64,000 bases of DNA from Felis catus (taxonomy: Eukaryota). The first letter of the stretch is position 1, and each line of letters opens with the position of its first letter. The notes beneath the pieces are model-generated. The model saw nothing but the letters and a program-made list of their open reading frames with translations. It was not told the origin of the DNA and searched no databases. The DNA lies in assembly GCF_018350175.1 (NCBI RefSeq), contig NC_058368.1, forward strand, positions 112,594,001-112,658,000. Reading direction: 5' to 3'. The position numbers and the translations under genes were made by a program. Below, in pieces: positions 11,603 to 24,016 of this stretch.

Positions 11603-14600
11603 TTTCTGGGACTCAGTAAGGTTCTTTTCACTTGGAATCGTAAAGCCAAAACAAAACCATCTTTATCCCGAGCCGGTCCTCGTGGGGAAAAGCACAAACC
11701 CCCAAAAAGCAGATACCCAAGTGCGTAAAATTCATACTGAACACAGGATTCAGAAGTTTTCTGCAAATGTTGAGGCTGAGGCAGGGCCAGGGGATCTAGT
11801 TAAAGTTTGTTTCTATTTTAAGGAAAACCTCAAGAATTAAGGGTTCTTTGGTTTCTGGATTCATCAATTGAAGAAGTTTTGTACGTAAGAGGGAAAAAGC
11901 GTAAGCCCGAGACTGGAGGTGGAGAGTTCTCTTTCTCATGATGTGCTGAGTGGAGTCTTTTCACAGCCATGGCAGTGATGACCGTCTTCCTGGCTTAGGG
12001 TGCACGCTGTGTTTTAGTACAGCACAACTCAACCCATTAGCTGAAAAGATTCCGTGGTATGTTTATTATTAATACACAACGTGCCCCTCCAACTCCATTT
12101 GCTTTCAGTAGGTAAGACACTGCTCACAAGCCCCCCTTCACTGTGGAGTGGCCCTCTGGGAGGAGGGGAGAAGGAAGGGGTGAAAAAGAAACAAAGAAAC
12201 AGACGTAGTGAGTATCTCCTACAGACCAGGAGTCCCCTTAGCCTCCTTGACAAAATGGCCCTGCTGAATCCTCCCAGAAACCCAGTGAGATCGGAGAGGT
12301 TGTCTCCATTCATAGATGAGGACACCAAGGCTTGTGGAGCCAGGGGACTTCTCCTGGGTCATACAGCCCAGAGGCGAGATTCAACCAAAATGGAAACCAA
12401 AGCTGGGGCTTCTTCTACCCTTCAGGAAAAGGTTACGTGCATGACACTTTGGGGGATGACATGCAGGAAACTGGCTCCCACTGGTCGGTGGGGTTTTGGG
12501 CTGCTTTCAGGTACCCATTTGATCTTTAAAACAACAGTGTTCTAGGCAGGAGGAAGCCTCAGCCAGATTTTGGAGGATTGATGGCTTCGTTCAGTTGTTA
12601 CCCCTTGGGATATTTGAATGAAAAATATTGCTGCCCTTGGGGAAGAAGGTCATCGGTATGTCATTGTCATGAACGCTCATGGCCCACTGTTGATCACTGG
12701 CCGGCATAACGACCTAAGGTTTGCACATCTGTGGCTCCAAGGGGAGAGAAGCAAATGCTTGTTATTAAGCCTCTCACCACGCATCAGGATTACAGAGGCT
12801 TAATATGGAAGCAGAATCTCTTGAACATTGCAGACAGGCGGGGACCCTTTAACCTTCCTCCCACCCCCACTGCACACTCAGGAGTGACAGGTACCCAAAA
12901 GGAGAACAGTATGACCTGCTGAGCAACTGCTTAGACCCTGTGTCCTGATAAGCACCTGGTTTCCCCTTTGGGGTGTACCTGTTAGACAGCCTGGGGTATG
13001 CAGGAATGACATGCCAGGCTTATCCCCAGAAACGCCAAAGTGGTTAGAAGGTGCCCATCTATGTAATGCGGATGCTACAGAGGAGATCTGTTTTCAGGGA
13101 AGATGGACACCAAAAGTCTCCCCTCCTTCGCTGTGTAGGGGGAAAAAGAATGTTCCTTTGCTGTGGGGTTTGAGATGTCTCCTTGCTCTCTTTCACAGAG
13201 TTCTTTCACTTCAAGAAGATAATAAACTTTGCCCAAGTTAATGAGTCCCGGTCAGTGATGACTCTGCCCACCTTGCCCTCCTGCCCTTAGCAAGTGCTGG
13301 GGATGAGTATATGTAGTGCCATGACACTTGAGGGGATGCGAAGGAGATGGACAGTAGGTCAGAAGGGTTATGACACGGAGACCCACATCCAGGGAAGGAG
13401 CCACACAATTCTCCGCCCCCCTCCCCCCACATTCCTGGGGCCCAGATGGCCTCTCCATGCTGCTGGTGCTGGGGAAACAGAAAGCCTTTCTGCAGAAGAG
13501 ACATGTCTCTGCACAGCACAGCCAGGGCAGTTAAAGATGTAAACGAAGGGCACATATACGGTGCGTCGAAGATGGTACACGAAGCAGAATCCAGGAGGAA
13601 GCAGTGGTGCCACCCAGGAAAAGAGAAATCGAGGGACACTTGGAAGAGAGGGGCAAAATGGATCCTAGGACATGTCAGTTATTCAAGCGCGATCTAGAAG
13701 AGGACCCAGAACATGGACAAGAGGAGTCCCCACTGGTTTGGGGAAGGGCTTGCATCACAAACCCTGGGGTTTGCTTGACTTACAGACTGCGCCACCTGGA
13801 TTCTGCGGTTCATTTGGGATGCGGCTTGTTTGCTTTGCCTGTGATGGAAACGTACCTCTCAGAGTGTGAGTGTCTGTGCCTGCACACACCCCAGCAGACA
13901 GACACCCTGGATGGTGTTACGGGTCACAGAGTCACTTTGGCAGGAGGCACACTCTGACCCCCTTTCCGGTATCTTGGTTTTGTGTCACTGTTTAGGTCCA
14001 TAGGAGCCCAGATGGGAGAAAAACCAAAACAAAACATTGCAAAAGCAAGGGGCTAGTCTAGCAATCAGAAGCCTGGATGCCTAAGTTACAGCACAGCGAG
14101 CCACTGCCTTCCCTACAACAGAGAACCCCCCAGAAGTCGAGGGATTGACACGCTTAATGGAAACACCTCAAGGACTAAGTTTGAACACTCAAGCGGATCT
14201 GCTGAAGAGACACAAAGGCAGTGAGTTTAAAAACCCCATGTGTATGAACGACGGGGCTTTTGTCTTATTGGGAATGCTACAGAATGACTCTGAACCATGA
14301 CCGTGTAAGACACGGACAGCACACGTCCTCAGCGAGGTGCCTGCTCTGGGTGCGGCTGGGACGGTAAGAAAGAGGAAGTGTACTTGGGCTCCTTCTGATC
14401 TCTGCACCTTTGGCAGTTGCTTTGGGAAGAAAGCAGTGCAACTTGGAAGTCTACCAGCGGGCCCAAGAACACAAAAGAGGCTTTGTCAGACCCCTGCCCC
14501 AATCTTTCATGCGAGAACCTCCTCCTCTACCTTGCCTCCTCCCCTTCACCCCTCCACAGATGGCTGCTGGCAGGCAGGACAGGTTCTCAGCAAGGCCTGG

Positions 14601-16029
14601 GCACCTAGGAAGCGTGATGTAGTAATGGAGGGGTGCCATTGTGAGTCACATAGTTCACCTAGCTGTGGGACCTTTACCACTGAGCCTTAGTTGTCTCATC
14701 TGATAAATGGGTTTAGAGATACTGCCTCTCTCACCAGCATATGGTGAGATTACATCCAGGCTAGTGTCTGGCCTCTGCCCCTGTGTCCTTCGTGCCGTGT
14801 CTTGCTTCACTCCTCCTGTCTGAGCAGATGATGGCTCAGGAAGGTGACGCGACTGCACCTTGCAGGGCTGAGCAAAGGGTGCATGTGCAAATGCAAAGTG
14901 CTCTCTGTTCCCCTTTGCTTGCCTCCCAGCCCCGTCCCTCTGATGCTCACTGGCCCTGGTTTTCCTTTCTTCTTTTCTGTGAAAACTGTTTGAATAAGTA
15001 GCCCCGGGCTTTTCTTGGTGGATTCACAAAATACAGGATGAGCAAGCTGTCCAAGGTCATCAGGAGCCCAAAGGTGGATACCACCAATCTCTGTAATCCC
15101 GAGCAGGAAGCTCTTGGGGACATTGAAAGCAGCAGGGACTCAACCAGTGATGAGGGAAGACGGGAACGAGATCTCTCTGAGGCTGCTTTTGAAAACAGTC
15201 TTGCTCATAAAGGATTCATTCTGGGTACAGGACGTCTCACCAGGTAATCAGTCTTCCTTTATCTCTGCAGCTGATTCTGCCCGAAACCCATCAGAGATTT
15301 AACCCTAACCCATTAGGGTTTTCTATCTCTTTTGGGGCACAGATAATCTATACTTTTCTCTGAGAAGCTGGGAAATAAAAATCCTTCCACTGACCAAAGG
15401 GTTGGTCCCGTAAAATAACTCAAAGAAGATCAAACTGGTCAGGCCCAATTTTGTACACGATTAAATATAAGATTTGCCCATTTCCAGTTTTTAGCCCGTG
15501 TCATCTCATAAAACTGTAAGTACTTTGAAGGATGAACCATTTCTTAATTGTGCCCTTAAATCCTCCTACCTGCACAGCTGGCTCTGAAATATGGGTGGAG
15601 ATACAATTAGAGATCTGTGGCTGGAAGATGCTATGTCGAAGTCTAATTGCTCCCTCTGGGATGGTGGGCCAGGGACATAGCTCCTCGGCCCTGGGAATGC
15701 TCAGGACAGCTTCAAATTTACCTCTGATAAGAACTGATCAGCATGGATAAAACTGCTGATCTCTGAGAAGGGGAGGACAGGAAAAGAATGGCCTGTACTT
15801 TTATAATCAATAACCTGTAGTTAGCATTTATCACTGGCTCATGGGCTGATTCAAACAGATACAGAGATGTGGCGTTAATTTCCAAAAGCGGTGCAAGGGG
15901 TTGCAAGCATACAAAGTCTTCTAAGGTTTATGTATGAGAACAGACTTGGGCAGGCTGGTGGTCTTAGGTCAGGTGGCCCCTGTGTCCACCTGGTTGCTTA
16001 AGACAGATGGCTGGGAGTCACGCGGGATA

Positions 16030-16770
16030 CCCCCCCATCCCTGCAGATACGCTTCAGGTCCCATTGCCTGTATGTCCGGAACATAGACTGAATCTGTCTA
16101 CTTTCCTCCATCACCCTACTCACAGCCAGTCCAAGCCCCCCTCCCTTGCACCTGGATGACTGGCCCCTGCCTACTGAGCTCCAGCTGCTCTGGACTTGCC
16201 AAGCTTCTCTCCTCTGGCTTTTTTTTTAAGTTTATTTTTGTTTATTTCAAGAGAGAGCGAGCAAGTGGAGAGGGGCAGAAAGAGGAGAGAGAGAATTCCA
16301 GGCTCTGTGTTGCAAGCACAGAGCCCAATGCAGGGCTCGAACCCATGAATCGTGAGATCACGAACTGAGCTGAAAGCAAGCATTGGACGCTTAACCGTCT
16401 GAGCCACCCAGGCGCCCGCGTCTCCCCACTCTGGCTTTTGCTGATGCCTTTCCTGTGCTTGGGAGGCCCCCCATGCCTGCCTCCTTAACTATGAGGTCTT
16501 AGCTAAGTGTCCTGTCCTTGAAGATGCCTCCTCTGATAACTACACCAAAGCAGGGGCTCCCTTTTTTTCCCCTCTGTTTTCGCACCAGATTGTTTTCTTC
16601 TTTCTACTTTTATCAAATTGAAGTTACATATTTACTTGTGTGTTTGCTTGTTCCTTGTGTCCATCCCTCACTGGGCTGGAAGTGCCGCTATGATAGGAGC
16701 CTTGTCCTCGTCCCCAGTGAGTAGCGCAGTGCCTCTCATGGAGCTGCCACTCAAATGCATATTTGCTGAA
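16030..16770 (+). mobile_element. L2 3'-end remnant, interrupted by a SINE
   Basis: Pyrimidine-rich L2-like body ending ...cactcaaatgcatatttgctgaatgaa, the L2 3' terminus. Confidence 0.55.
16223..16417 (-). mobile_element. Can-SINE inserted in an L2 remnant
   Basis: Head ...gagccacccaggcgccc. Flanking repeat ctctggctttt at 16212 and 16429. Confidence 0.92.
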
Positions 16771-16876
16771 TGAAGGGAGAAATGAAGCTGTGTTCTGGGG
16801 GGGCTGACAGCCATGTCGCTAAATCCATGTCTGGATGGAGTCCACTTCTCCCCGTACCTGGGAGAGGTGTGGTTAC

Positions 16877-16957
16877 CTGGTATCTGGTGGGCTTGCTGAA
16901 ACTGTTATTTGCTGTTAGGTTTTCAGAATTCCTTGTGCCAGCCTGGTAGCGAGTCTT
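16877..16957 (-). CDS. TRPC7: TRPC7 coding exon (~exon 10): KTRYQAGTRNSENLTANNSFSKPTRYQ, CIRB region
   Basis: Within ORF 16751..17005. Acceptor ctcccag|AAG, donor CAG|gtaacc. 81 nt, phase 0 to 0. Confidence 0.93.
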
Positions 16958-17337
16958 CTGGGAGGGAAAGAAAGAACAAATACATAATAAATAATACATA
17001 CACACGTATGTTCAAATAACACATATGACACCCATATATGAGGCTGTGTCTAAAAAGAAGCTGATATGCCCACTGCTACTAGGTTGCCTGGAACACTGTT
17101 CTTGGGACTTGAGTTCTGTAGGATGACAACAGCTTACGGAATATAGTTGGGTCAACTTTGGGAAGCACTGAGTTAAAGCCGCAGGGGGTGTCTTTGCTCC
17201 AGGATTTCTCAGAGATTTTAATATGCTAGTAAACATTGAGAGTCTCCAGGAGGGGGAGATAATGGCAGGGAAGCTTTCTTCCAGGGATCATTCTCTTCCC
17301 AATTTTGGGAAGAGCTGTTGCTCCCTGGGACCCTCTA

Positions 17338-17841
<504 letters not shown>

Positions 17842-17918
17842 TCAAAGGGCACGATTTCACATCAGAGTTCAGTGTGACGAGTGGGGATGCAGTCTACACA
17901 TTATGACAGCAGATTCCT

Positions 17919-18127
17919 TTCTTCCTTTCCTTCTTCCCTTTCTTTCTCTTTCTCCCTTCTTTCTCTCTCTCTCTCTCTCTCTCTCTTTATTCCTTTTCTT
18001 CTTCCCATCCTTTCCTTTCTGTTTCTCTCTTTCAAGTTTATTTATTTTGAGACAGAGGGATAGAATCCCAAGCAGGCTCCCCACTGTCAGCACAGAGACC
18101 AGTGTGGGGCTTGATCTCATGAACTGG
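17919..18127 (-). mobile_element. 5'-truncated Can-SINE with an expanded (TTTC/CT)n tail
   Basis: SINE body at 18031-18127. TSD tgacagcagattcct (17904) / tgacggcagatttct (18128). Confidence 0.82.
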
Positions 18128-18457
18128 TGACGGCAGATTTCTAAACAGGACTCTGACTGATATATCTGTGGATGTTCTCCTTCTTTACAAAGACGCAAGA
18201 TGGGGCATTTGCTCTTGCTAAAACCATGTGAAATTAGTTATTCCTAACAATCTCTGCCTAACTCCTCAGGACTTAGCGCTGAAAACCTCAGCCTCTTCAT
18301 ACCTCCTTGACTCTCCACTGGGAATTTTCACAAACATTATCCAACTTGCCACTAACCAGAGAACTTTTCTACTGCCACTCAATCTCATTATCCTTTAACA
18401 TTTAGAGCTCTGCTGGATTCACAGTCCACCACAGCATCAAGGTATTAATATTTTGGA

Positions 18458-18845
18458 GCATTGCTGCCCAGTGGAAATATAATACTGAGCCACGAAGGTG
18501 AACCCCCTAATTAAATTTAAATTTTCTAGTAGGCACATTATAAAAAGTAAAATGGAACAGGTGAAATTAATTTCAGCAATACATTTTATTTGATCCGGCA
18601 GATCCAAAATGTAACCCCTTCAGCAGGTAATCATTATAAAAATTCTTACTGAGGTAGTGCACATTTTTATTTCATATTGAGTCTTTGCAATCATTGTATA
18701 TTTTGTACTTATAGCACATGTCAATTTGGACCAGCCACGTTTCAAGTACTCAGCAGACACAGGTGGTGAACATCTCCCATGTTGTATTGTACTGCTGTGT
18801 ACTTACTAGAAACCATATGGCTTACCGGTCGAAGTGCTGCCACAG
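18458..18845 (+). mobile_element. MER33 (hAT-Charlie DNA transposon)
   Basis: aaattttctagtaggcacatt...acaggtgaaattaattt...agcacatgtcaatttggaccagccacgtttcaagtactca matches the recalled MER33 consensus. Confidence 0.8.
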
Positions 18846-19559
18846 AGGATGTTGAGAGATTCTGCATATGTAATTCAAGAGAAACAGACCTGACTGGAGT
18901 TAGCAGGAGGCAGTCTGGCCGTGCTGTCTGGTGGTGGAGGTAGTTTTGACCCCCAGATCGATTCTGACTTGGTGTCAATCCCGGAATGCTGAGTGGGCCC
19001 TCCAAGAAGTAGCAGGTGTTTTCATTTATTTATTTGTTTATTTTTATTGTATTTTATAGGCAGGCTCTTTGGGCCTCTGTCCTAGTGGGGCAGTCCGAGA
19101 GTAGGAAAGAGGCATGGAATTTGGAGTCACATGGACCTGGGCCCACAAGCCCATCCATACTAGCTGCAGGACCTCAGCAAGAGCTCCGTCAGTAGAGGGA
19201 GATAATGCCGCCTCCCTCACGTAGCCCTGAGATTGGCATCGAGTATGTGCTCCGTGAGGGGTGGGTTCCTCTCCTCACAGACACTTGGTATACTTCTCAG
19301 GATGTTGAGCCTAGCAGGGGCCCACATGAGGCTGCCAGGAGGTACCGCGTGCTGTAAGGCTATCACCTGCAGGCTTGGCCATTTTGTTTGCTTTGGCTGA
19401 GAACGCATCAGCAGCTGCCCTGGTCTATCGGACACATCATATTGGAGTCTTTTAGACTGGAAGTTTCGTGAGGCCAGGGCTTGCTCCCGGCCTCTGCTAT
19501 ACGACAGAGAGATGTGACAGGGACACCTGGCTTGAGAGGAAGGTTGGTATCGCGGCGAC

Positions 19560-19800
19560 AGCAAAGGGTCTGGAGCCTGCCTGGGTTCCAGTCCTGCCTC
19601 TGTTCCTCCCTAGCTCTGCAGCCATGGTGGCATGGCTGCTCTGGGCCTCCGTTTCCTCATCTGTAAAAAGATGCTTACCTCGTAGGTCATTGTGAGAGTT
19701 ACCTGAGGTCACACATGAGGACCGCTTAGTGTCCGAAATTAGCACGCCCTCAGGAAGTATTATTTTTATTCCCATAGCTTAACACAGTGCCTAGTGTTCA
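19560..19800 (+). mobile_element. MIR
   Basis: ctgggttccagtcctgcctctg...ctctgggcctccgtttcctcatctgtaaaa MIR core. Confidence 0.75.
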
Positions 19801-21268
19801 GCCTTGAGTCGTTCAGCAGACACGTGTCGAGTACCTGCTATGTGGCCAGACTAGGTATGCACTGGGGTTGACAGTCCTTCCGTGCCGTCGTGGATTACGT
19901 GCTCTGGCCCATGACATGATTATGTTGAACTACTCGTCCCCTGGTCTTTCCCCTGGAGTTGTGCTAACGGCTCAACTGCAGAGGATGCTGTGTGTAGGGC
20001 TCCAGAACCGGCCCCGGGGTCGGGGAGGCTGCCTGATGGCTGGTATTGGAGCTGGGCTCCAGGGGGTGAGTAGTTCTCTACCAAGTCGGGTGTGCGTTGG
20101 GTGGGGGTGGAGAAGAGTGGGAGTTAATGAGTAGAGAAGGCATGAGGAGTGTAAACAGCTTTTCTGAGAAAGTTGCCAGGAAAGAGCAGGAGAGAAAGAG
20201 CTGGAAAGCAGGATGGAGGGAGGATTTTTTTTGTTACTTTTTTTTTTTTTTTTTTTTTTTAAGATCCAGAGTCTCATTTAAATGCTGACAGGAAGGGCGA
20301 AGATATGCACGGAGCAGGGATGAGTGCATTGGTGGCCCCTGAGGAGGCAAGAGAGAGGGCAGGGAGCCAGGGCACGCAGGCGGGGCAGCTCGGATGGAGA
20401 AGGCCTCTCTCTCAGCCACGGGAGGGCAGGTGGGGGCATGGCAGGTGTAGAGGCAGGCGGGTCCGTGGATTTGGAGAGTAGGTGTTCGAGATCTGTTGAC
20501 TGAGTAAATAAGCGTGCTTGTGGAGGGATTCACAAATTTATACCTCATCAGAGTTCAGCGTGACCATGAACACTGGGCAGCGTCTAGTGGCCTCGGTCTA
20601 TGTCTCAGGGTCCTTGTCCACGTACCACCGGCAGGCTGGGAGGGCACAAGCGCTCTCCCCTGAGAAGAAGCGCAGAGCCCCGAGGGGAGGTGTGGGCTGC
20701 AGTGAACCGTGACGCAATGCGGTGCTGGGGTAACTGGACGTGACAAGCCCACGTGACATCATGGCTCTGCCCACCCCGCCCCCAACTAGTGGGCGTCTCT
20801 CCACACTGAGCCACAGTGATTTACGTGCCACATTCGTTTGGACCAAAGCATGGCGTGCTTGTTAGGATGGAGTACAATGCCCAGGGTGAGTGGTACAGAG
20901 GTCTGTACATTCTCTAGGTGCCATGTGGTTTCTCTTACATATGGGGAAACTGAGGCCCAGAAGGTGGGGGTGGGGGCTGGTTAGCAACAGGTCATCCATG
21001 TAAGAGACCAAATATATACACCATTAAAAAAAGATGTTTGTCCAGGGATACAGTGCTGCATTTTCCTGTGGGTGGCAGCGGGGGGAGTGGGGAAGACACT
21101 AGGCTTCATGCTGGCTCATCTCTTCCTCTTACCTCTTCCTTCTTCTCCTTGCACAGCCTGCCCTCCTGTAGGCCCAAAATACCACATTGTTTCACCCTTC
21201 CCTCCTTGGCACATGTTCCTGCTGTCCAGAATACTCTGTTTTGGACTGTGTGTGTGTGTGTGGGGGGG

Positions 21269-21651
21269 TGTTATGAACCAAATGTGTCCGCTAAAATTCA
21301 TATGTTAAAGCCCTAACCCCAGTGCCTTAGAACGTGCCTCGATTTGGAGACAGGGCTTTTACAGAGGTAAGGTTCAATGACATTGCTAGGGCAGGTCCTG
21401 ATCTAACATGACTGGTGTCTTCCTAAGGAGTGGTAGAGTTACCAGGGATGCTTACACAGACAGGAACGGCCCTGTGAGAACACCAGGAGCAGGCAGCCCT
21501 CTGCAAGCTGAGGAGGGAGGCCTTGGAAAAAACCAACTCTGCCAACATCTTGCTCTTGGACTTTGAACCTCTAGAACTGTGAAGAAATCGTTTCTGTGTT
21601 TCACCCCCTCAGTCTGTGGTATTTTGTTATGGCAGCCTAGCAAACGAATGC
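21269..21651 (+). mobile_element. MaLR solo LTR (MLT1A/B-like)
   Basis: TG...CA termini: tgttatgaaccaaatgtgtcc...aaaattcatatgttaaagccctaaccccag ... gtattttgttatggcagcctagcaaacgaatgca. Confidence 0.85.
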
Positions 21652-21855
21652 ATGGAGGTCTTTAATTATTTTCTGTGTGAGAAATACACTAATACTTGTC
21701 TTATACAAGGCTTGAGTACACAGGCATATACCAGGCAGATGTGACAGTCCCCTTCCAATCTCTCTCCTTTTCTTCCTTTCCCCAGAGGATGCCCTGGGTC
21801 AAGAATGTGCTACTTTTTCTCTACCTTTCTCTGCTCTTTCTTTCTCTCTTTCTTT

Positions 21856-21921
21856 TTTTTTTTTTTAATGTTTATTTTTGAGAGAGAGACAGAGCGTGAG
21901 CAGAGGAGGGGCAGAGATGCC
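21856..21921 (-). mobile_element. Severely truncated Can-SINE (tail plus GA tract)
   Basis: ttttaatgtttatttttgagagagagacagagcgtgagc... flanked by ctctctttcttt at 21844 and 21922. Confidence 0.8.
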
Positions 21922-21934
21922 CTCTCTTTCTTTA

Positions 21935-22720
21935 TATGCATTCGTATTGTTATGTAGATAAGATTTTCCTACCTGTATTTTTCTACAACTTGCGCTTTTT
22001 CCCCACTTAACAATATCACAGAGATTTTGTCTTGTCAGCACAAACAAGTTTTTCTCCTTGTATATACAGTGTTCTGAAGTCTATACTGTATCAGAGGTTA
22101 TTGAAACGCTCTGATGTTGATGGGCTATCTCCACGTTTTCCCTCCAGTGAACATCTATTAAAATCGTACTTCTGCGTGGATCTATTCCTCGAACTGGAAT
22201 TGTTGAGTCAATTCAAAAGAGGTTAGTGTGTTTCATTAATTTTTAGCTTATTTATTTTACGTTATAGTAAGTAAAACAATAGTAAGATTTCTGCCCCCCA
22301 GCTACTGCCTCTCAGCAGGCATCCCCCCGCTATGCTTGGTCTGGGTACTTTTACAGGCTTCTTTTTCAAATGCTTACCCAATTACAAATGAGCATGGACA
22401 CCCTTTTCTTCCTTTCTCACACAGTGAAAGCGCACCACAAACATTGTCCTGCAACTTGATTTTTTTTTTTTTTTTACTTAGTGCTATAATTTGCAGGTCT
22501 TTCCCCATCCGTCCATACAGGGAGAGCATTTTGGTTCTTTCTACAAGCCACACAGCATCCTGCTGTTCAGATGCATCATAATCCACTTCACTAGATTCCT
22601 ATTAATGCTCATTTGTTTGTTTTTAACTTCTTGCTCTTCCCAAAAAGGCTGCAATCACTAGCTTACGGTGTGTGCCTTTTAGATTTTGATAAACTGCCCC
22701 CTCTGATACATTCTCTGCAC
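21935..22720 (-). mobile_element. Ancient L1 (L1ME-like) 3' fragments
   Basis: ctgcaacttgatttttt...ttagtgctata, tgatgggctat and gaattgttgagtca resemble antisense L1M 3' UTR motifs. Highly diverged. Confidence 0.5.
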
Positions 22721-23321
22721 TCCCTTAGCTATCTGGAAAAATTGTATTAGTCCTCGAATGGCCTTCACGCATCATCTCTGGATGCTTCTCTGCTGCCAAT
22801 CTCGTGCACCTGGTAAGACTTCTCTGGGTGTGCGGGGCCCAGGACACTGCACTTTGTTGACTGACGTAGCTGGTTTTCTCAAAGGACAGAGTTCTTAGAG
22901 GGCAGGGACTGTCTTAGTTGTCTGTGTGTCACCAGTGCCTAAGCACAGGCATTTCATACAGTAGGCATTTAATAAATAATACGTGAGAGGCAGAGAGAGT
23001 ATTGGCTAAAAGATACAGTCATTCCAGTTTGCCATGGGCCTCCTGCATGCTTTCCTGAGGGGACATGTGAAAGAGGGAAGCATAAAAGACCCTGATTCTT
23101 CCCACCCTTGTTGGGCCACTTTATGTGTGGTGGCCACCCTGCCACGTGGCAGGTTGATCGAAAGAGCTCCTTGGAGCCCCGTGGGAAGAATGCTGGTCAT
23201 TTGCTGTTCCGGCTTCACACGTAATAACTCACGAGCTTCTAATATCATTACCCTCACTGCGGCAAACAGCCACGCAAATTAAACCAAAGGGTAGAGAACA
23301 GTTTCATTTAGCTGGTCTTAC

Positions 23322-23517
23322 CTCAATTTCCTGATACGAGTTGTTGATCATGGCTATTAGCATATTGAGCAGCACGACCACCATGGTGACGTTATAAACG
23401 CCGTAAAGAACGTAGCCGATGTTCTCGATGAATTTGTGGTCGTATTTCAGCACCACCGAGATGACTTCAGACAAGCCAAAGATGGACCAAAATAAGGTTT
23501 TAAAACTTTCTTCAACC
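23322..23517 (-). CDS. TRPC7: TRPC7 coding exon (~exon 8): pore helix (LFW) and S6, [18 protein letters not shown]...[17 protein letters not shown]
   Basis: ORF track 23304..23588. Acceptor ttacag|G, donor GAG|gtaag. 196 nt, phase 2 to 0. Contains the TRPC LFW pore motif. Confidence 0.97.
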
Positions 23518-23786
23518 CTGTAATGAAAGACAGTCTCTTCAGGCAATTCTGCATCTGCTAACACTCTTTGCACAAAAGTTCCCGTCACCCAGACTTTGGT
23601 GGTTATCCCAGTGTGGGGCTGGGCTGGCTGGTGGAGACAGGTCTTATGAAATAATAGCAGGTTCAGATTTCTAAGAAGACTTTGACAAAAATATTATAAA
23701 GGGCAGTCTCTTTCTTTTCCATTCAGTCCATCTATTGGGACTCTGGGCTATGGTATCGTTTTAATCTTGCAAGTAATTAAATATTT

Positions 23787-24016
23787 TTTTAAAGTTATTT
23801 ATACACTTTTTAAAACATATTTATTATTGAGAGACAGAGACAGACAGAGAATGAGCATGGGAGGGGCAGAGAGAGGGGGAGACACAGAATCCGAAGCAGG
23901 CTCCGGGCTCTGAGCTGTCAGCACAGAGCCCCACGTGAGGTTCAAACTCATGGACTGCAAGATCATGACCTGAGCTGAAGTCGGATGCCTTACCGACTGA
24001 GTCACCCAGGGGCCCC
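23787..24016 (-). mobile_element. Can-SINE
   Basis: Full body. TSD taattaaatattt (23774) / taattaaacattt (24017). Confidence 0.93.
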
